A stretch of 64,000 bases of DNA from Planctomycetota bacterium (GTDB lineage Bacteria > Planctomycetota > UBA8108 > SXIK01): NCBI GenBank assembly GCA_965223265.1, contig OZ244999.1, forward strand, positions 5,312,001-5,376,000, in the 5' to 3' direction. The position numbers and the translations under genes are program-made. The notes below the pieces were generated by a model that had not been told where the DNA came from, searched no databases, and saw nothing but the letters and a program-made list of their open reading frames with translations. Of this stretch, positions 61,132-64,000 are shown piece by piece (the first letter of the stretch is position 1; every line of letters starts with the position of its first letter).

Positions 61132-61161
61132 ATTCTAGGTGCAGATCAGGGCAATTGTCAA
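61132..61161 (-). promoter_or_regulatory. sigma70-type promoter of accB-accC
   Basis: TTGACA-N18-TAGAAT on the minus strand. Confidence 0.6.
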
Positions 61162-61463
61162 GCGAAAATCGCTCAAGAGGGCGCGCTCGGGCGGAACCCA
61201 TGCTTGGCTGTCGCGCACGTCGCAGGGCGCAGCCGGAGTCGGATCATTCCCGCTCGGATGCCTGAGCGGGGACTCGGAGCGCAGTCACGGAGCCGATGGG
61301 AGATTTTGCGTTTTTTCTGCATTCTGCGTATACGGTGTGAAAATAGATGAGCAGCGGCTCGCGCGCAGGAGCCTCTGTGCGCTCGCCCGGCCCTGCCGCG
61401 CTCCGCGCCTCGATGCAACCGTCGAAACTACGGTGAAGAGTGAGAAGAAGGAGATCTAAACCG

Positions 61464-62630
61464 ATGCTAGCGATGATCACACAATCCTCTCGTCGCGCCC
61501 TTTGTATCGCTGCCTCGATCGGCCTGATCGGGGTCGCCTGTTACGTCGGACCCTCTGGCGGCACGCCCCCACCGCTGGCCGCCGACGATCAACCCGTGCC
61601 ACCACCAGATCTGCAGCCACGCGAGCAGGTCATCGTCGACATCTTCCGCCGCGCTGCCGATTCCGTTGTGTTCGTCACCCAAAGGACTAGGGTCCGGCGG
61701 CAAGTCGGCCTTTTCGCCTTCGCCGATCGTGACGTTGAGAGCGGTACGGGCTCCGGGTTCATCTGGGACGCCGAGGGCCACGTCGTCACCAACGAGCACG
61801 TCGTCACCAACGACCTCGTTGACGAGGAGCAGACGAGCTTCAAGGTCACGCTAGCCGACCAAAGCGTCTACGAGGCGACGCTGGTAGGAAAATACAAAGA
61901 CAAAGACGTCGCAGTTCTCAAGATCGATGCACCGAAAGAGAAGCTGAAGCCACTGGCGCTCGGCACTTCCCGCAATCTGCTGCGCGGGATGACGGCACTC
62001 GCCATCGGCAACCCGTTCGGGCTTGATCAAACCTTGACAGTCGGCGTCGTGAGCGCACTCGGTCGCGATATCAAATCGCGCAACGGCCGTACGATCCGTG
62101 GTGTGGTCCAGACCGACGCAGCGATCAACCCCGGCAACTCGGGGGGGCCTCTACTCAACTCCAAGGGAGAGCTCATTGGCGTCAACACAGCCATCCTGAG
62201 TCCGAGCGGCGCGAATTCGGGAATCGGCTTCGCGGTCCCAGTCGACGTCGTGAAGCGAGTGGCGAACGATATCATACAAAAAGGCAGCATCACTCGTCCG
62301 GGATTGGGCGTCCACCTCATCGAAGACTGGATCCAGCGAAAGCTGCAGCGCTACGGACTTCCGCCTGGCGTCTTGATCGGCGACGTCCCGGCTGCATCGG
62401 CGCTCTCAGATGCGGACTTGAAAACCACCGTCATCTACAATGACGGCTCCGTCGACGTCGGCGACCTGATCATCGGCCTCGGCGGGCGGAGAATCGGTGA
62501 CAGCATCGCACTGCTGGATGCAATTGACCGCTACTCCGTCGGCGACGAGGTGGAGCTGGTCGTTCTGCGTGGCAAGAAGGAACGACGCATCAAGACTCGA
62601 CTCGTGCAGATCGAAGTCCTGCCGGACTGA
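61464..62630 (+). CDS. HtrA/DegP-family serine protease with one PDZ domain
   Basis: GTGSGFIWD, VTNEHV, DVAVLKI, IGNPFGL, QTDAAINPGNSGGPL; AAGGAG RBS. Confidence 0.93.
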   Translation: MLAMITQSSRRALCIAASIGLIGVACYVGPSGGTPPPLAADDQPVPPPDLQPREQVIVDIFRRAADSVVFVTQRTRVRRQVGLFAFADRDVESGTGSGFIWDAEGHVVTNEHVVTNDLVDEEQTSFKVTLADQSVYEATLVGKYKDKDVAVLKIDAPKEKLKPLALGTSRNLLRGMTALAIGNPFGLDQTLTVGVVSALGRDIKSRNGRTIRGVVQTDAAINPGNSGGPLLNSKGELIGVNTAILSPSGANSGIGFAVPVDVVKRVANDIIQKGSITRPGLGVHLIEDWIQRKLQRYGLPPGVLIGDVPAASALSDADLKTTVIYNDGSVDVGDLIIGLGGRRIGDSIALLDAIDRYSVGDEVELVVLRGKKERRIKTRLVQIEVLPD

Positions 62631-62866
62631 ACCGTTTGCGGACGGGCTATCAAGGAACCGGACAACCACGCCGACGCTGAACGTGGCGTCGCACGTACCA
62701 GAATTCTGCAACCACGCTCGGCGTCGCGCACACAACTACAAAGGGCGAACACCTTAGCGGCCGGCCAAACAACGCCTCAGGGTGCTGACAGTCGGTCTTT
62801 CACAACTCGGCACGATTCTTTCAAGGATCCCCTGCGTCGCGTTTTTGCAATCGGGAGTGTCGAGCT

Positions 62867-63124
62867 ATGAGAATGATCATCCTGCTGGCTATGGCCGGCG
62901 TATTCGGCCTGTCAGCACCGCAGCCGCTGGCCACCACCGCCTCAGCCCCTACGGCGCTCGCCGTTCAGCGTGGAAAGCTCGACGTCTGCCGCAGGAGGAC
63001 GTTTCGCCGCCGGAGTCGTGCCGTCCGGCTCGGACGCCCCAGAGTCCGCAAGCTCGACCGGCGCAGCGTTTGTTCAACGGTGGTATTCCCGCACCGCACC
63101 GTCGCCAAAGCGGCGGTAGTGTAG
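62867..63124 (+). CDS. small secreted Arg-rich peptide (hypothetical)
   Basis: GGGAG RBS; signal peptide MRMIILLAMAGVFGLSA; cationic C-half with two Cys. Confidence 0.5.
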   Translation: MRMIILLAMAGVFGLSAPQPLATTASAPTALAVQRGKLDVCRRRTFRRRSRAVRLGRPRVRKLDRRSVCSTVVFPHRTVAKAAVV

Positions 63125-63184
63125 CGGCGATACTTTCATGCGGCGCAGTTGATCGCGCTGCGCATCTCTCCTAATCTTTGGGGC

Positions 63185-64000
63185 ATGAACCCATACCTCA
63201 TCGATTTGCTTCCGGAGCGGGCCGCGGCGGCGCGACCTGCCTCCCGTTGTTGGATGCCCTGGGCCATACTCGTGTGTCTCACTGCGGCGACGCCGGATTC
63301 TTCGGCCGCGGACGCGCTGAACGACGTTGCTGCCATCCCGCGCCGTCTGCCGCCTGCGGGTGTCTCGCTGTCGCCCGCCACGCTCGCCGCGCTCGAAACC
63401 GAGGCGACAGCGATGGCGACCCGTCTGGAGATGCTGCGCACGGCGTTTGAGCAAGATGCCACGAAAACGCATCTACAGGGCGCCATTGCGGACGTGGAGA
63501 TTTACACCAAAGCGGTCCGCTACGCCGCTGCGCATGGCGAGTTCTGGGACGAAGGCGAGCTCAAGATAGCACGCCAGCACGTCGAGCGAGCCGCCGCACG
63601 CCTGGCCAGTCTTGAGCAGGGCGAGACGCCGTGGACCACGCAGCGCGGGCTCGTCTTCCGAGGTTTCCGATCGCACCTCGATGGCTCCGTGCAGCCCTAC
63701 GGCGTCGTTATTCCCGAGCAGCTCGACCTCGCGGCGAAAACACCGTTATACGTCTACCTTCACGGCCGACGCGAAAAGATGGTCGAACTTCAGTTTCTTG
63801 ATCAGCGTCATGAGGTCGGACGCATTCACGCCGACGACGCCATCGTCTTGCACCCGTTCGGCCGTTACTGCAACGCGTACAAATCCGCTGGTGAAATCGA
63901 TGTCCTCGAAGCGATTGCTCATGCCACAGAGGCCTATGGAATCGATCCGGACCGTATCGCACTCACCGGCTTCTCGATGGGAGGGGCCGGAGTTTGGCAC
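63185..64000 (+). CDS. alpha/beta hydrolase (S9 prolyl-oligopeptidase-like), truncated by window end
   Basis: Not in the ORF track (no stop in window); my translation gives FRSHLDGSVQPYG, YLHGR, HPFGRYCN, GEIDVLEA, IDPDRIALTGFSMGGAGVWH (GxSxG). Confidence 0.85.
   Translation, partial: MNPYLIDLLPERAAAARPASRCWMPWAILVCLTAATPDSSAADALNDVAAIPRRLPPAGVSLSPATLAALETEATAMATRLEMLRTAFEQDATKTHLQGAIADVEIYTKAVRYAAAHGEFWDEGELKIARQHVERAAARLASLEQGETPWTTQRGLVFRGFRSHLDGSVQPYGVVIPEQLDLAAKTPLYVYLHGRREKMVELQFLDQRHEVGRIHADDAIVLHPFGRYCNAYKSAGEIDVLEAIAHATEAYGIDPDRIALTGFSMGGAGVWH

Overview
High-GC bacterial chromosome segment, most likely Planctomycetota (PSD1/planctomycete cytochrome c gene paired with DUF1501, planctomycete-type dockerin-like protein, Zn-ribbon LepB, divergent DnaA paralogue). 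About 1-17.6 kb is an accessory block of regulators, exported redox/propeller proteins and glycan-active enzymes. About 17.8-52.4 kb is mostly housekeeping: tRNA-Ser, tadA, tRNA-Arg(ACG), scpB, PPIase, rph, rdgB, lepA-lepB-lptB, rnpB, rpoD, dnaG, rsmA, dnaA-like, ychF-like, tatC, coaE-rho. It is followed by a kinase, five type IV (pseudo)pilins, accC/accB, an HtrA protease and a truncated alpha/beta hydrolase. No CRISPR array, transposase or integrase is visible. Most notable signals: (1) a six-copy family of 160-180 bp non-coding hairpin elements (MITE-like) with copy-specific NTAG target duplications, strand-specific G-T wobble pairs and compensatory changes; (2) an RNase P RNA that lacks helix P18; (3) a DnaA paralogue that has lost sensor I and sensor II but keeps its arginine finger, beside an HTH/acidic/TM protein and an OmpA lipoprotein, a candidate chromosome-envelope module; (4) unusual insertions in LepB and TatC; (5) two tandem-repeat tracts. 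All product calls come from motif recognition by eye, not from database searches.
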